Shown one piece after another: positions 1 through 9,974 of a DNA stretch of 60,723 nucleotides. How positions within the stretch are numbered: the first letter of the stretch is position 1; every line of letters starts with the position of its first letter. The DNA is from Candidatus Zapsychrus exili. GTDB taxonomy: Bacteria > Omnitrophota > Gorgyraeia > Zapsychrales > Zapsychraceae. The DNA lies in contig JAVCCJ010000034.1 of NCBI GenBank assembly GCA_030765585.1, positions 1-60,723 on the forward strand, read 5' to 3'. Position numbers and translations under genes: made by a program. Under the pieces are notes generated by a model. It was given only the letters and a program-made list of their open reading frames with translations, was not told the DNA's origin and did not search any database.

Positions 1-5
1 TTATA

Positions 6-94
6 TGGTGTTGCGTTCTTATCGGTGTTGCGCAAAAGCGTCGCAACACCTCTTTTTGAGAATCCTTCGGCTTCTCAACTTCATCGCAACACCA
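6..94. repeat. Nested inverted-repeat element upstream of miaB (may be cut by the window edge)
   Basis: TGGTGTTGCG 6-15 pairs with CGCAACACCA 85-94; inner GGTGTTGCG 24-32 / CGCAACACC 42-50; TTGAGAA 56-62 / TTCTCAA 72-78. Confidence 0.6.
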
Positions 95-119
95 CCGACG
101 TTTTAAGAAAGACAATAAA

Positions 120-1433
120 ATGAAGAGTGTCTTTCTTAAAACGTATGGCTGTCAAATGAATGAGCATGATAGCGAAATCATCCGCTCTATTTTGACTCAA
201 GCTGGATTCAATTTTACAGAAAATGAATTAGATGCAGATATACTACTTCTTAATACATGCTCTGTACGTGAGAGTGCGCACAGAAAGATCTTTGGAAAGA
301 TACACAGGGTTCGTCACGAAAAAGGAGGGCTTCCTCTTATAGTGGGTGTGTTAGGCTGTATGGCAACGGGCTTAAAAGACGAACTTATAAAAGATAAGGG
401 TTTTGCGATAGATTTCATAGTAGGACCAGATAACTACAAAAACTTACCTACAACTATCAATAAAGTAGTTGAATCACATGAAAAATTGTCAGACATTAAA
501 TTTTATAAAAACGAAACTTACTCAGAAATAGTGGCCGAAAGGGATGCAAGCATAAATGCTTGGATTGCTATCATGAGAGGCTGCGACAACTTCTGCTCTT
601 TTTGTATAGTTCCACTTACTCGTGGACGCGAAAGGTCATTAAATAAAGATTCAATAATAAAAGAAGCTAAAAGCTTAAGCTCTAAAGGATATCAGCAAAT
701 CACTCTTTTAGGTCAAAATGTAAACTCATATAAAGACGGTGAAGCAGACTTTTGCAAACTTCTTGAAGAACTAGTTAAAGTAAAAGATATAGAAAGAATA
801 CGATTTGTCGCACCACATCCAAAAGATTTTCCTGAAAAGTTGATTGATGTAATAGCAAAAAATAAGAAAATATGTAAAAGCATTCATCTTCCACTGCAAG
901 CAGGAAACAACAGAATTCTTGATCTGATGAATAGAAAATATACAAAAGAAGAATTTATTTCTCTAGCCGATAAAATGCGAAATAAAATTCCAAATCTTGT
1001 TTTAACAACAGACATAATTGTAGGTTTTCCAACTGAAACAGAAGAAGAATTTAATGACACTCTCTACGTGGTAGAAAAAGTTGGATTTGATTCTGCTTTC
1101 ATTTTTAAATATTCGGAAAGAAAGAATACAAAAGCAGCTAAAGAGCTTAAAGATGATATCTCGGAAGAAGAAAAAACCAAGCGCATAGTTAAACTTCAAG
1201 ATCTTCAAGGAAAAATATCTTTAAAGAAAAATGAAGCTGAAATAGGCAAAACGTATACAATATTAATAGAAAACATGAACAAAACTAAAGAACCTTGTCT
1301 TTACATAGGCAAGAATGATGGAAATAAACTTATTACCTTCAGATCATCCAAAAAATACGAATTAGGGTCATTTATTGATGTTAAAGTTAATCATGGCTCA
1401 CCGCATAATCTTAGAGGAGAAGAAGTTCTATGA
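120..1433 (+). CDS. miaB: tRNA-2-methylthio-N6-dimethylallyladenosine synthase (radical SAM methylthiotransferase)
   Basis: N-terminal KTYGCQMN..D and NTCSVRE; radical SAM CDNFCSFC; C-terminal TRAM-like region. Confidence 0.92.
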   Translation: MKSVFLKTYGCQMNEHDSEIIRSILTQAGFNFTENELDADILLLNTCSVRESAHRKIFGKIHRVRHEKGGLPLIVGVLGCMATGLKDELIKDKGFAIDFIVGPDNYKNLPTTINKVVESHEKLSDIKFYKNETYSEIVAERDASINAWIAIMRGCDNFCSFCIVPLTRGRERSLNKDSIIKEAKSLSSKGYQQITLLGQNVNSYKDGEADFCKLLEELVKVKDIERIRFVAPHPKDFPEKLIDVIAKNKKICKSIHLPLQAGNNRILDLMNRKYTKEEFISLADKMRNKIPNLVLTTDIIVGFPTETEEEFNDTLYVVEKVGFDSAFIFKYSERKNTKAAKELKDDISEEEKTKRIVKLQDLQGKISLKKNEAEIGKTYTILIENMNKTKEPCLYIGKNDGNKLITFRSSKKYELGSFIDVKVNHGSPHNLRGEEVL

Positions 1434-4400
1434 AAGACAAGCTAATACAATTCTTTCTTAAGCGACATTTGCTAGCCAACATGATATTTATTGCTATTTT
1501 TATAGGAGGAATTCTTTCTTGGACACAAATACCTAAAGAAGAGCTTCCTGACGTTACTTTTGATAATGTAAGGATTTCAGTAAATTATCCTGGGGCATCA
1601 TCTGAGGAAGTAGAATATTATGTTACCCAACCTATAGAAGAAGCGCTTCGCGACCTTGATGGCATATACAGCATAACTAGTTCAACTGGCATAGGAACAT
1701 GTAGCATTACAGCAGAAATAGAAAAAAACTACCCAGACAAGGACGAAGTTATAACGGAAATACGAAACGAAGTTTTAAATGTAGGCTTACCTGACGATAT
1801 AAGAGATGACCCTCGTGTTAGAGTATTTAAAACTTCCCGAAAAGCAATAATAGATATCGGACTCTTCTTAGAAGAAGAAAATATTCTAAATGTAGAATCT
1901 AGGCAGCTGCTTCAGTCATATGTTTTAGCTCTCGAAAACAAACTTTTAAGCTTGCCTGAAGTCTCTTCAATAAGTCGCTCAGGATATCTTGATGATGAAA
2001 TCCATATCAAAGTAGATCCGCAAAAACTTATCGAATACAACATACCGTTTAATGCCATTAGCAGAGAGATAAATACCAACAATGTTCGCCAACCTGCCGG
2101 CAGCATTGAAAACATAAAAGAACCTAAAGTAACTCTTGCAGGAGAGCTCAACACAATAGAGGAAATTAAAGAGCTTGGAATTCAAGGCGGATTTGACGGA
2201 AACATCGTAAGGCTTAAAGATGTTGCTAGCATAGAAAAAGGCCATGAAAAGACTAAATCTGTAACAAAAATAAACGGACGCGAAGGAATATTCTTACGCG
2301 TCACTAAAAGCTCTCAAATAGGTATTATTGATGCAATTGACGCTGTTAAGAAATATTGCGAAGAGTTTAAAAGAAATAATGCTCAAGATGGAAAAATCAA
2401 CATTGTTTTATTGGATGATGAATCTTTTGACGTGCAGAATAGACTTTCTTTAATTGCACTAAACGGAATCATTGGTTTTGTACTAATACTTTTCTCATTA
2501 TTTATTTTTCTAGATTTCCGCTCAGGCGTATGGGTTGCTATGGGTATACCATTTACATTCTGTTTTACTCTCATTGCCGTACTTATTTCAGGCTATTCTA
2601 TAAACAACATAACACTTGCAGCTTTTATCATTGTTATGGGTATGGTCGTAGATGATGCTATTGTCGTATCAGAAAATATAACTAGATTAAGGTTTAGAGG
2701 AATGAAAACAAAAGAAGCTGCCGCCAGAGGCACTTCATTTGTGTTTATGCCTATCCTTGCAAGTATTTTAACTACCTGTGTTGCATTTATCCCACTAATG
2801 TTCTTTAGTGGGCACTTCGGGAAAATGGTTACTTTTATTCCTCCGATAATTTTCTTTATGCTAGCAGGAAGTTTTCTAGAGGCACTTTTCATACTGCCAG
2901 GGCATATGATGATTCCTATCGAAAACATGTTTTCATTCTTTTCTAAAACCAAAACAGAAAACAGTGAGATAAAAGCGCATTGGTTTGATGCCTTTGAAGA
3001 TGCCTATGAAAAATTTATCAGAACAATACTGTCATTTAAATGGATAGTATTTGCATTATTTATTCTTCTTATTATTATTTCAGGATTTATTGCGTCCAAG
3101 AAAATGAAATTCTTAATGTTTCCAAATGAAGAAACAAGAGAGATAAGACTTACAGCCCAAGCTCCTGAAGGATCTCAACGTTACGAAACTGCGCGAAAAT
3201 CTCAATCCATTGAAAACATTCTTAGCACATACTTAGGAGCAGAAGTTGTTGGATTTAGAAATGAAATTGCAAGAACGAGAAGAGGCTCTGTATCTCAAGA
3301 GAATAAGTTTAGAATGCGCGTAGAAATATTGCCAAAAGAAAAACGTGCAAAATCAGCAAATCAGCTTATAAAAGAATGGGAAGAAAAATTTAAAAATGTC
3401 AAAGACGTAACGGAAATAAAATTCCGCAAAACTTGGCACGGTCAATCTAGCGGAAGCCCTATTGAAATCGTCATTAAAGAGAATAACGATGAGCTGCGTT
3501 ATGCTGTTGCAGAAAAACTAGCAGAAGCCATGAGAAGTCATCCTAGCCTTAAAAATGTTGAAATTGATAGACCCGTGTTAAGCCCTGAATACAGAATAAA
3601 ACTTGATCGCGATAAAATAAGAAAATTCTCAATAAGCCCGTCAGATATTGCGTCAACGCTACGTGCAGCTTTGGAAGGAAAAACCTTGTATGATTTTATG
3701 GGAAATGATGAGGAAGTTTATGTAAGGCTTACTGCCATTGAAAGCGCTAAAGAGAGCATAGAAAAAGTTCTAAATATTCCAGTAGAAAACAAAGGTAGTT
3801 ATCTAGTGCCTCTTAAAAGCATCGTTAGCGTAGAAGAGCTACAGCGTCCAGACTCAATTGAAAGAGAAGATCTTAAGCGTACAACAAAAGTATATGCAGA
3901 TATAAAAGAGGGAGGAAAAACAACACCTTTAGACATTGCTGACAACTTTGAGAAGAATGTATTTAGCAAAATAACCTCAACGCATCCTTCAACGATTATC
4001 GAGTTTTCCGGAGAAGTAAAAGATACCAGAGAATCTCAAAAAGATTTTGCATCGGCTATACTAATGGCAATTATTCTCATTTACATAATTCTAGCATTAT
4101 TGTTTAATTCCATACTCAAGCCTTTCGTAATTATGCTTACAATACCGTTCGGTGTTGTTGGTATTATACTGGCATTCTGGATACACGGAATATCTCAATA
4201 TGGATTCTTTGCAGTAATAGGGGCTCTGGGGCTTTCAGGTGTTGTTATAAATGATGCCATAATTATGCTTACAAAACTTGAATCTGATTTCAATACTTCT
4301 GCTGCTAATGAACAAAAAAACACACAAATTGCCTCTATTGCAAAAACTCGTCTTCGCGCTGTTATCCTAACAACAATAACCACAGTAGTTGGAATTATTC

Positions 4401-4567
4401 CAACCGCCTATGGCTGGGCAGGCTACGATGCTATGTTGGCACAAATGATGTTAGCACTTTCATGGGGACTTGTCTTTGGAACACTAATAACACTTATCTT
4501 AATTCCATGCGTTTTTGCAGCACTTAGAAGTGGCCCACCTAAGCTTGGGCATATTGAGTTGGTCTGA
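1430..4567 (+). CDS. RND-family efflux transporter permease subunit (AcrB/AcrD/AcrF-like)
   Basis: 1045 aa, two large periplasmic loops and two TM bundles, TM4 GMVVDDAIVVSEN, TM11 RLRAVILTT; ATGA overlap with miaB. Confidence 0.9.
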   Translation: MKDKLIQFFLKRHLLANMIFIAIFIGGILSWTQIPKEELPDVTFDNVRISVNYPGASSEEVEYYVTQPIEEALRDLDGIYSITSSTGIGTCSITAEIEKNYPDKDEVITEIRNEVLNVGLPDDIRDDPRVRVFKTSRKAIIDIGLFLEEENILNVESRQLLQSYVLALENKLLSLPEVSSISRSGYLDDEIHIKVDPQKLIEYNIPFNAISREINTNNVRQPAGSIENIKEPKVTLAGELNTIEEIKELGIQGGFDGNIVRLKDVASIEKGHEKTKSVTKINGREGIFLRVTKSSQIGIIDAIDAVKKYCEEFKRNNAQDGKINIVLLDDESFDVQNRLSLIALNGIIGFVLILFSLFIFLDFRSGVWVAMGIPFTFCFTLIAVLISGYSINNITLAAFIIVMGMVVDDAIVVSENITRLRFRGMKTKEAAARGTSFVFMPILASILTTCVAFIPLMFFSGHFGKMVTFIPPIIFFMLAGSFLEALFILPGHMMIPIENMFSFFSKTKTENSEIKAHWFDAFEDAYEKFIRTILSFKWIVFALFILLIIISGFIASKKMKFLMFPNEETREIRLTAQAPEGSQRYETARKSQSIENILSTYLGAEVVGFRNEIARTRRGSVSQENKFRMRVEILPKEKRAKSANQLIKEWEEKFKNVKDVTEIKFRKTWHGQSSGSPIEIVIKENNDELRYAVAEKLAEAMRSHPSLKNVEIDRPVLSPEYRIKLDRDKIRKFSISPSDIASTLRAALEGKTLYDFMGNDEEVYVRLTAIESAKESIEKVLNIPVENKGSYLVPLKSIVSVEELQRPDSIEREDLKRTTKVYADIKEGGKTTPLDIADNFEKNVFSKITSTHPSTIIEFSGEVKDTRESQKDFASAILMAIILIYIILALLFNSILKPFVIMLTIPFGVVGIILAFWIHGISQYGFFAVIGALGLSGVVINDAIIMLTKLESDFNTSAANEQKNTQIASIAKTRLRAVILTTITTVVGIIPTAYGWAGYDAMLAQMMLALSWGLVFGTLITLILIPCVFAALRSGPPKLGHIELV

Positions 4568-4655
4568 TCCGATAAAAAGAAGTTGCTTTATTTTAATTAT
4601 TTAATATAATCGTTTAATAACTATTATTAATATTACTAATTCTTTTGGAGATTAA

Positions 4656-5684
4656 ATGTTGACTAAGAACAAGATGACAGCGGAAGAGCTTCACGCTAAG
4701 CTTAATAATATAAAGATTGGCGGATATTTCTGTAATTTCTCACTTAAAAAATGTGAAGAATTTGTGCCGATAATAAATGAAATAAATGAGCTAAAAAAAG
4801 AGAAGAATGCAGTAATTTTAGCTCATACATATGTTGGTCCTGAGATAATTTATGGTGTAGCAGATTATGTTGGAGATTCGCTAGGCTTAAGTAAAAATGC
4901 GCTTGAAACAGATGCTGATATAATAATTTTCTCAGCTGTTCGCTTTATGGGAGAAACTGCAAAAATACTTAATCCAAATAAAACTGTTCTTGTTCCAAGC
5001 TCCTATGATGGTTGTGACCTAGCTGAAAGTATTGACGCAAAAACAGTCATAAGACTAAGAAAAGAAAACCCAGATTATACGTTTGTTTGTTATGTAAACA
5101 CAACAGTTGACGTAAAAGCAGAATGCGATGTTTGCGTTACATCTGCAAATATCTATAAAGTCATTGAAGCTATTGAGAATAAAAAAATATTTTTTGTTCC
5201 CGATAAGCTTATGGGATTAAACCTAATAGAAGAAATGAAAAACAGAGGAATAGCTAAAGATATAAAAATTTACAACGGACACTGTGCCGCTCACAAAGAA
5301 TATAACTTGGTTGATGTTTTAAAAATAAAGGCTCATCATCCAAGAGTCAAAGTTGTGAGCCATCCCGAATGTAAACCTGAAGTATGCGAAAATTCTGATT
5401 TTGTAGGAAGTACAACTCAAATGTTAAACTATGTAAGAGATACTTCTTCAGAAAGTTTCTTTGTACTAACTGAATGTGGCCTCGCTTCTAGATTAATGTC
5501 AGAATTCTCAGATAAAAATTTAGTGGGAATGTGCACATTATGCCCATATATGAAATCAAATAAGCTTGAAGATATATTAAAAATGCTTAAAAATCCAGAA
5601 AGTAAAAATATAGTCGTTATAGATGAAGAGATGCGTTTAAAAGCTAAAAAATGTGTTGATGCTATGTTAAAATATACAGGCTAA
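4656..5684 (+). CDS. nadA: Quinolinate synthase
   Basis: AVILAH.Y, ADYVGDS, VRFMGETAKILNP, YVNT, HPEC, CPYMK motifs. Confidence 0.93.
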   Translation: MLTKNKMTAEELHAKLNNIKIGGYFCNFSLKKCEEFVPIINEINELKKEKNAVILAHTYVGPEIIYGVADYVGDSLGLSKNALETDADIIIFSAVRFMGETAKILNPNKTVLVPSSYDGCDLAESIDAKTVIRLRKENPDYTFVCYVNTTVDVKAECDVCVTSANIYKVIEAIENKKIFFVPDKLMGLNLIEEMKNRGIAKDIKIYNGHCAAHKEYNLVDVLKIKAHHPRVKVVSHPECKPEVCENSDFVGSTTQMLNYVRDTSSESFFVLTECGLASRLMSEFSDKNLVGMCTLCPYMKSNKLEDILKMLKNPESKNIVVIDEEMRLKAKKCVDAMLKYTG

Positions 5685-5691
5685 ACAAATA

Positions 5692-5769
5692 CTGTCATTC
5701 CGGTTTCAAACCGTAAGGCGAGAATGCAGGAATCTCATAAAAAGATTCCTGCTACGCCAAGAATGACAG
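5692..5769. repeat. REP/dRS3-like dyad (GTCATTCC...GGAATCT family)
   Basis: Outer IR CTGTCATTC 5692-5700 / GAATGACAG 5761-5769; inner IR GCAGGAATCT 5726-5735 / AGATTCCTGC 5743-5752; related copies at 12434, 17501, 19558, 20251, 28337. Confidence 0.8.
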
Positions 5770-5780
5770 AAGAGGAATAA

Positions 5781-6905
5781 ATGAAAAAAGAACTAGGCAT
5801 AATCGAAACTAAGTATTTCACATTTGCAGAAGTCCCAAACGAGCTTGTCCTTAAAAGTGGAGAAAAACTAGGACCCATAACACTTGCATATGAGACATAT
5901 GGAGAGCTTAACAAAGATAAATCTAATGCGATACTTGTATTGCATGCTCTATCTGGGGACGCTCATGCTGCAGGACTTAAAAAAGACGATAAGAAACCTG
6001 GCTGGTGGGACAATATGATTGGTCCAGGCAAGGCATTCGATACCAATAAATACTTTGTCATCTGCTCAAACGTTATAGGCGGATGTAAAGGTAGTACAGG
6101 ACCATCTTCAATAAATCCAAAAACAAACAAATCTTATGGTTTAAGTTTTCCTGTAGTAACCATAGAAGACATGGTTAACGCCCAAAAATATCTCATTGAT
6201 TCCTTGGGAATTGAAAAACTTTTATCAGTTGTTGGCGGATCTATGGGTGGTATGCAAGTACTTCAATGGGCCTTATCTTATACTGATAACGTTAAATCTG
6301 CTATTGCAATTGCAACAAGTGTGAGGCATACCGCACAACAAATAGCTTTTCATGAAGTTGGCCGCGAAGCAATCATGACTGATCCTGACTGGCAGGGCGG
6401 AGATTACTACGGCAAAACTGCGCCTGCGCGCGGACTATCAGTTGCTAGAATGATAGGTCACATTACATATATGAGCGAAGAGTCGATGGAGGAAAAATTT
6501 GGTCGTAAGCTTAAAGACAAAGAACGTTTAGGATATGATTTTTCCAGCGACTTTGAAATTGAAGGCTATTTAAAATATAGAGGAGACAGCTTTGTGCAAC
6601 GTTTTGATGCAAACTCATGGTTATATATATCAAAAGCTTTAGATTATTTTAACTTAAAAGAAAAAACAAAACTATCTAATGTATTCAAAGATGTTAAATC
6701 ATCTTTTCTTGTCATATCATTTACGTCTGATTGGCTGTATCCTAGATATCAATCTAAGGATATTGTAAAAGCCCTTAAAATAAACGGAAAAGATGTGACC
6801 GACATTGAAATAAAATCATCTTATGGGCATGATGCGTTTTTAGTTGAAGCTGAAAGTCAATCAAAAATTATCTCTCACTATTTAGACAGGATTTATAAAG
6901 CATGA
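5781..6905 (+). CDS. metX: Homoserine O-acetyltransferase
   Basis: [26 protein letters not shown] nucleophile elbow, RFDAN, GHDAFL. Confidence 0.95.
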   Translation: MKKELGIIETKYFTFAEVPNELVLKSGEKLGPITLAYETYGELNKDKSNAILVLHALSGDAHAAGLKKDDKKPGWWDNMIGPGKAFDTNKYFVICSNVIGGCKGSTGPSSINPKTNKSYGLSFPVVTIEDMVNAQKYLIDSLGIEKLLSVVGGSMGGMQVLQWALSYTDNVKSAIAIATSVRHTAQQIAFHEVGREAIMTDPDWQGGDYYGKTAPARGLSVARMIGHITYMSEESMEEKFGRKLKDKERLGYDFSSDFEIEGYLKYRGDSFVQRFDANSWLYISKALDYFNLKEKTKLSNVFKDVKSSFLVISFTSDWLYPRYQSKDIVKALKINGKDVTDIEIKSSYGHDAFLVEAESQSKIISHYLDRIYKA

Positions 6906-7492
6906 GAACTGACTATAAAATAATACTTGATAACATAAAAAAGAATTCAACTGTTCTTGACCTTGGTTGCGGAGACGGAGAACTTTTATCAGTTCTTATC
7001 AAAGAGAAGGGTTGTTCTGGCACTGGAATTGAAATAAACGAAGACGCTATATACAAGTGTGTTGAGAACGGCATCGCTGTTTCCCATGGAGACATAGATA
7101 CAGAACTTCTTGACTATCCGGACAAAAGCTTTGATTACGTCATATTGAATGAGAGTCTGCAGGAGGTTCTTAATCCTCAGAAGGTTATCTTAGGAGCATT
7201 AAGAGTCGGAAAAAAAGTTTTTGTAGGAATTCCTAATTTTTGTCAAATAAAAGGACGCTTTCAGGTGGCAATTAGAGGAACGGTTCCTGTTACAAAAGAT
7301 CTTCCACATCAATGGTTTGACACTCCAAATTTACGTTTTTTAAGCCTTAAAGATTTTAGAAAGTTCTGCGAAATAAATAAAATAGATATCTTAAAAGTAG
7401 TAGGAATATCTGGCAACAACATTGCACCTGTTTTGTACAATCTATTTGCGGATATAGGAATATTCCTTTTAGAAAAAAATAACGAAGAATAG
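6902..7492 (+). CDS. metW: Methionine biosynthesis protein MetW (SAM-dependent methyltransferase fold)
   Basis: [25 protein letters not shown]; overlaps metX stop as in canonical metXW. Confidence 0.9.
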   Translation: MRTDYKIILDNIKKNSTVLDLGCGDGELLSVLIKEKGCSGTGIEINEDAIYKCVENGIAVSHGDIDTELLDYPDKSFDYVILNESLQEVLNPQKVILGALRVGKKVFVGIPNFCQIKGRFQVAIRGTVPVTKDLPHQWFDTPNLRFLSLKDFRKFCEINKIDILKVVGISGNNIAPVLYNLFADIGIFLLEKNNEE

Positions 7493-7495
7493 AAA

Positions 7496-8680
7496 ATGAC
7501 TCAAAAAAGAATATATATGGATCACAATGCGACTACGCCTCTTCACGAGGAAGTCAAAAATACTATGATAGAAGCCTTAAGCTTATTTGGCAACCCATCC
7601 AGTCTTCATAGTTTTGGAAGAGAATCTCGAATTGCTGTAGAAGAAGCAAGGGAAAAAGTTGCATCTTTTATTGGAGCAGAGGCGGATGAGATATTTTTTG
7701 TTGGAAGCGGTTCAGAAGCAAATAATACCGTTTTGTCAATTACGCCTTGCAACCCAGAAACCTGCGCTTGCCAATCTGAGTGTGGACGTGAAATAGTAAC
7801 AACCAAAATAGAACATCCTTGTATACTCGAAACCTCAAAATGCATTAGCAAAAAGGAAGGTACGAAAGTGACCTTTATTGATGTTGATAAATTTGGTAAA
7901 GTAAAAATTGATTCATTAAAAGAAGCTATCAATGAAAAAACTGGTCTTGTCTCTATTATGATGGCAAATAATGAAATAGGTACTATTCAAAATATAAAAG
8001 AACTAGCTAAAATTGCACACGACAAAGGTGCTTTGTTTCATACAGACGCTGTTCAAGCAGTTGGCAAAATTCCTGTCGATGTGAAAGACCTAGACGTTGA
8101 TTTTCTTACAATATCTGCGCACAAAATGTATGGTCCAAAAGGAATTGGCGCTCTTTATGTAAAAAGAGGCGTTGCATTTTGTCCTTTTATTCATGGCGGA
8201 CATCAAGAAAAAGGAAGACGTGCTGGAACAGAAAATACGCTTGGAATAATAGGTTTAGGCAAAACAGTCGATATGCGCAAAAAAGAAATGGTAAAAGAAG
8301 AAAGAAACCTACTTAAGCTTAAAAGTATTTTAAAAGATGAAATATCAAAAAACATAGAGGATATTTCTTTTAATGGGCATCCAACAGATTGTCTTGCAGG
8401 AACCCTTAATGTCTCATTTGATGGGATAGAGGGTGAAGCTATACTATTGTATCTTGACTTAGAAGGAATTGCCGTTTCTACAGGATCTGCCTGTGCATCA
8501 GGATCGCTTGATCCATCGCACGTGCTTTTAGCAACTAGCGTACAAGTTGAAAAAGCGCACGGATCGGTAAGGATAAGTTTAGGAAAGAATAACACAGAAG
8601 AAGAAGTGCGATATGTTGCAAAAAAACTAGCAGAAGTAGTTAAAAAAACTCGTAGCATGTCTACAGTATATAAGAAATAA
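7496..8680 (+). CDS. nifS: Cysteine desulfurase NifS/IscS type
   Basis: YMDHNATTP, HTDAVQ, SAHKMYGPKGIG (PLP lysine), STGSACASG catalytic Cys, next to a nifU-like gene. Confidence 0.9.
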   Translation: MTQKRIYMDHNATTPLHEEVKNTMIEALSLFGNPSSLHSFGRESRIAVEEAREKVASFIGAEADEIFFVGSGSEANNTVLSITPCNPETCACQSECGREIVTTKIEHPCILETSKCISKKEGTKVTFIDVDKFGKVKIDSLKEAINEKTGLVSIMMANNEIGTIQNIKELAKIAHDKGALFHTDAVQAVGKIPVDVKDLDVDFLTISAHKMYGPKGIGALYVKRGVAFCPFIHGGHQEKGRRAGTENTLGIIGLGKTVDMRKKEMVKEERNLLKLKSILKDEISKNIEDISFNGHPTDCLAGTLNVSFDGIEGEAILLYLDLEGIAVSTGSACASGSLDPSHVLLATSVQVEKAHGSVRISLGKNNTEEEVRYVAKKLAEVVKKTRSMSTVYKK

Positions 8681-8812
8681 AATCTAAGCACTAAATGCGA
8701 AATACGAAACAATATCAAAATTCTAATAACAAAGAAAGAAAACAATATTTCTAACTTTAGAGCTTTATAATCCGAATTTGTTTCGATATTCGTGTTTCGA
8801 ATTTGAGAGATT
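8681..8812. repeat. Heptamer-periodic dyad repeat element (CGAAAYA / TTTCGA family)
   Basis: Ends AATCT/AGATT; heptamer-like units on both arms; 8774-8792 is the exact reverse complement of 9436-9454. Confidence 0.65.
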
Positions 8813-8815
8813 ATT

Positions 8816-9415
8816 ATGAACGATTGGGCATATACAGATAAGGTCAAAAAACATTTTACAAATCCAAAGAATATCCTTACCGATGAAGAAAGTTTTAAAG
8901 CAGATGGCAAAGGAATGGTTGGAAACGTAAAATGTGGTGATCAAATGTTAATGGCAATTAAAGTAAATAAAGATAGTGACACTATCGAAGATTGCAAGTG
9001 GAAGACATATGGCTGTGCATCTGCAATTGCAAGCACATCTGTTTTATCTGTTATGGTAAAAGGTATGAAACTCAGTGACGCCTATCACATAACGCCTAAA
9101 GACATAACAAAAGAGCTTGGAAGTTTGCCTGAACACAAAATACATTGCTCTGTCTTAGGAGATAAAGCTCTTCGTGCGGCAATTGATGATTATTATGAAA
9201 AATCAAACCAAGAAGAAAAAATAGAAAAAGATAAAGCAAAAATTATTTGCCAATGCATGAGCGTAACTGACCATGAAATAGAGCATTCTGTACTAGAAGG
9301 CGCAAAAACATACTTAGCGCTTCAAGAACACACTAAACTTGGCACTGTTTGCGGACAATGCGAAACAGAGGCAAGAAAACTACTAGAAGAATACAAAAGA
9401 AAACACTTTTCATAA
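8816..9415 (+). CDS. nifU: Fe-S scaffold: IscU/NifU N-terminal domain plus BFD-like [2Fe-2S] domain
   Basis: GNVKCGDQM, TYGCASAIAS, KIHCS; C-terminal ICQCMSV...GTVCGQC. Confidence 0.85.
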   Translation: MNDWAYTDKVKKHFTNPKNILTDEESFKADGKGMVGNVKCGDQMLMAIKVNKDSDTIEDCKWKTYGCASAIASTSVLSVMVKGMKLSDAYHITPKDITKELGSLPEHKIHCSVLGDKALRAAIDDYYEKSNQEEKIEKDKAKIICQCMSVTDHEIEHSVLEGAKTYLALQEHTKLGTVCGQCETEARKLLEEYKRKHFS

Positions 9416-9514
9416 AAAACACGAAATCCTAATTTCGAATATCGAAACAAATTCAAAACAATAAATCCAAACATTTTAAGCTTTTAGTCATTAGAATTTA
9501 GCATTTAGGGTTTA
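9416..9514. repeat. Second heptamer-periodic dyad element
   Basis: CGAATATCGAAACAAATTC 9436-9454; right arm TTAGAAT-TTAGCAT-TTAGGGT 9491-9511. Confidence 0.6.
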
Positions 9515-9536
9515 ACTAAAAACAGGAGAAAACGCA

Positions 9537-9758
9537 ATGGATGAAAAATTAACTAAAATAATTGATGAAAATATTCGCCCAATGCTTCAAAAAGATGGTG
9601 GCGATTTAGAAATAATAAGCTATGAAGGCAATACGCTAAAGATATCTTATCAAGGCGCCTGTGGATGTTGTCCACATGCAGCAATAGGGACATTAAAATT
9701 CATAGAGAGCGTGCTTAAAGATCAGTACAATTCAGATATTATTGTTGAAAAAGCATAG
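9537..9758 (+). CDS. NifU C-terminal (Nfu) domain protein
   Basis: IRPMLQKDGGDLE and GACGCC CxxC; RBS AGGAG. Confidence 0.9.
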   Translation: MDEKLTKIIDENIRPMLQKDGGDLEIISYEGNTLKISYQGACGCCPHAAIGTLKFIESVLKDQYNSDIIVEKA

Positions 9759-9786
9759 AATTTACAAATAAACAATAAAACTTACT

Positions 9787-9816
9787 AAAAAAGGGGGCAA
9801 AATGTCCCTTTTTTTT
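9787..9816 (+). terminator. Intrinsic terminator after the nif cluster
   Basis: AAAAAAGGGGGC-AAAAT-GTCCCTTTTTTTT hairpin with T run. Confidence 0.75.
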
Positions 9817-9974
9817 AATTTTACAAACCACTACTAAGCTTAGCAAATGTCTAACCAATTCGGTATGCGCCGACCAAATTGAAAAAATACATACAATATT
9901 ATAAAATTTTTGCTTTTTTAGGGCTTAATATGTTATTATATTAATCTATAAAAATATTTTACGATATATAACTT

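Noticed and set aside
5685-5780. SAM riboswitch upstream of metX
   Set aside because: The interval is fully explained by the dRS3-like dyad; no S-box core
8203-8910. 235-aa minus-strand ORF
   Set aside because: Antisense shadow of nifS, the repeat and nifU; no motif or RBS
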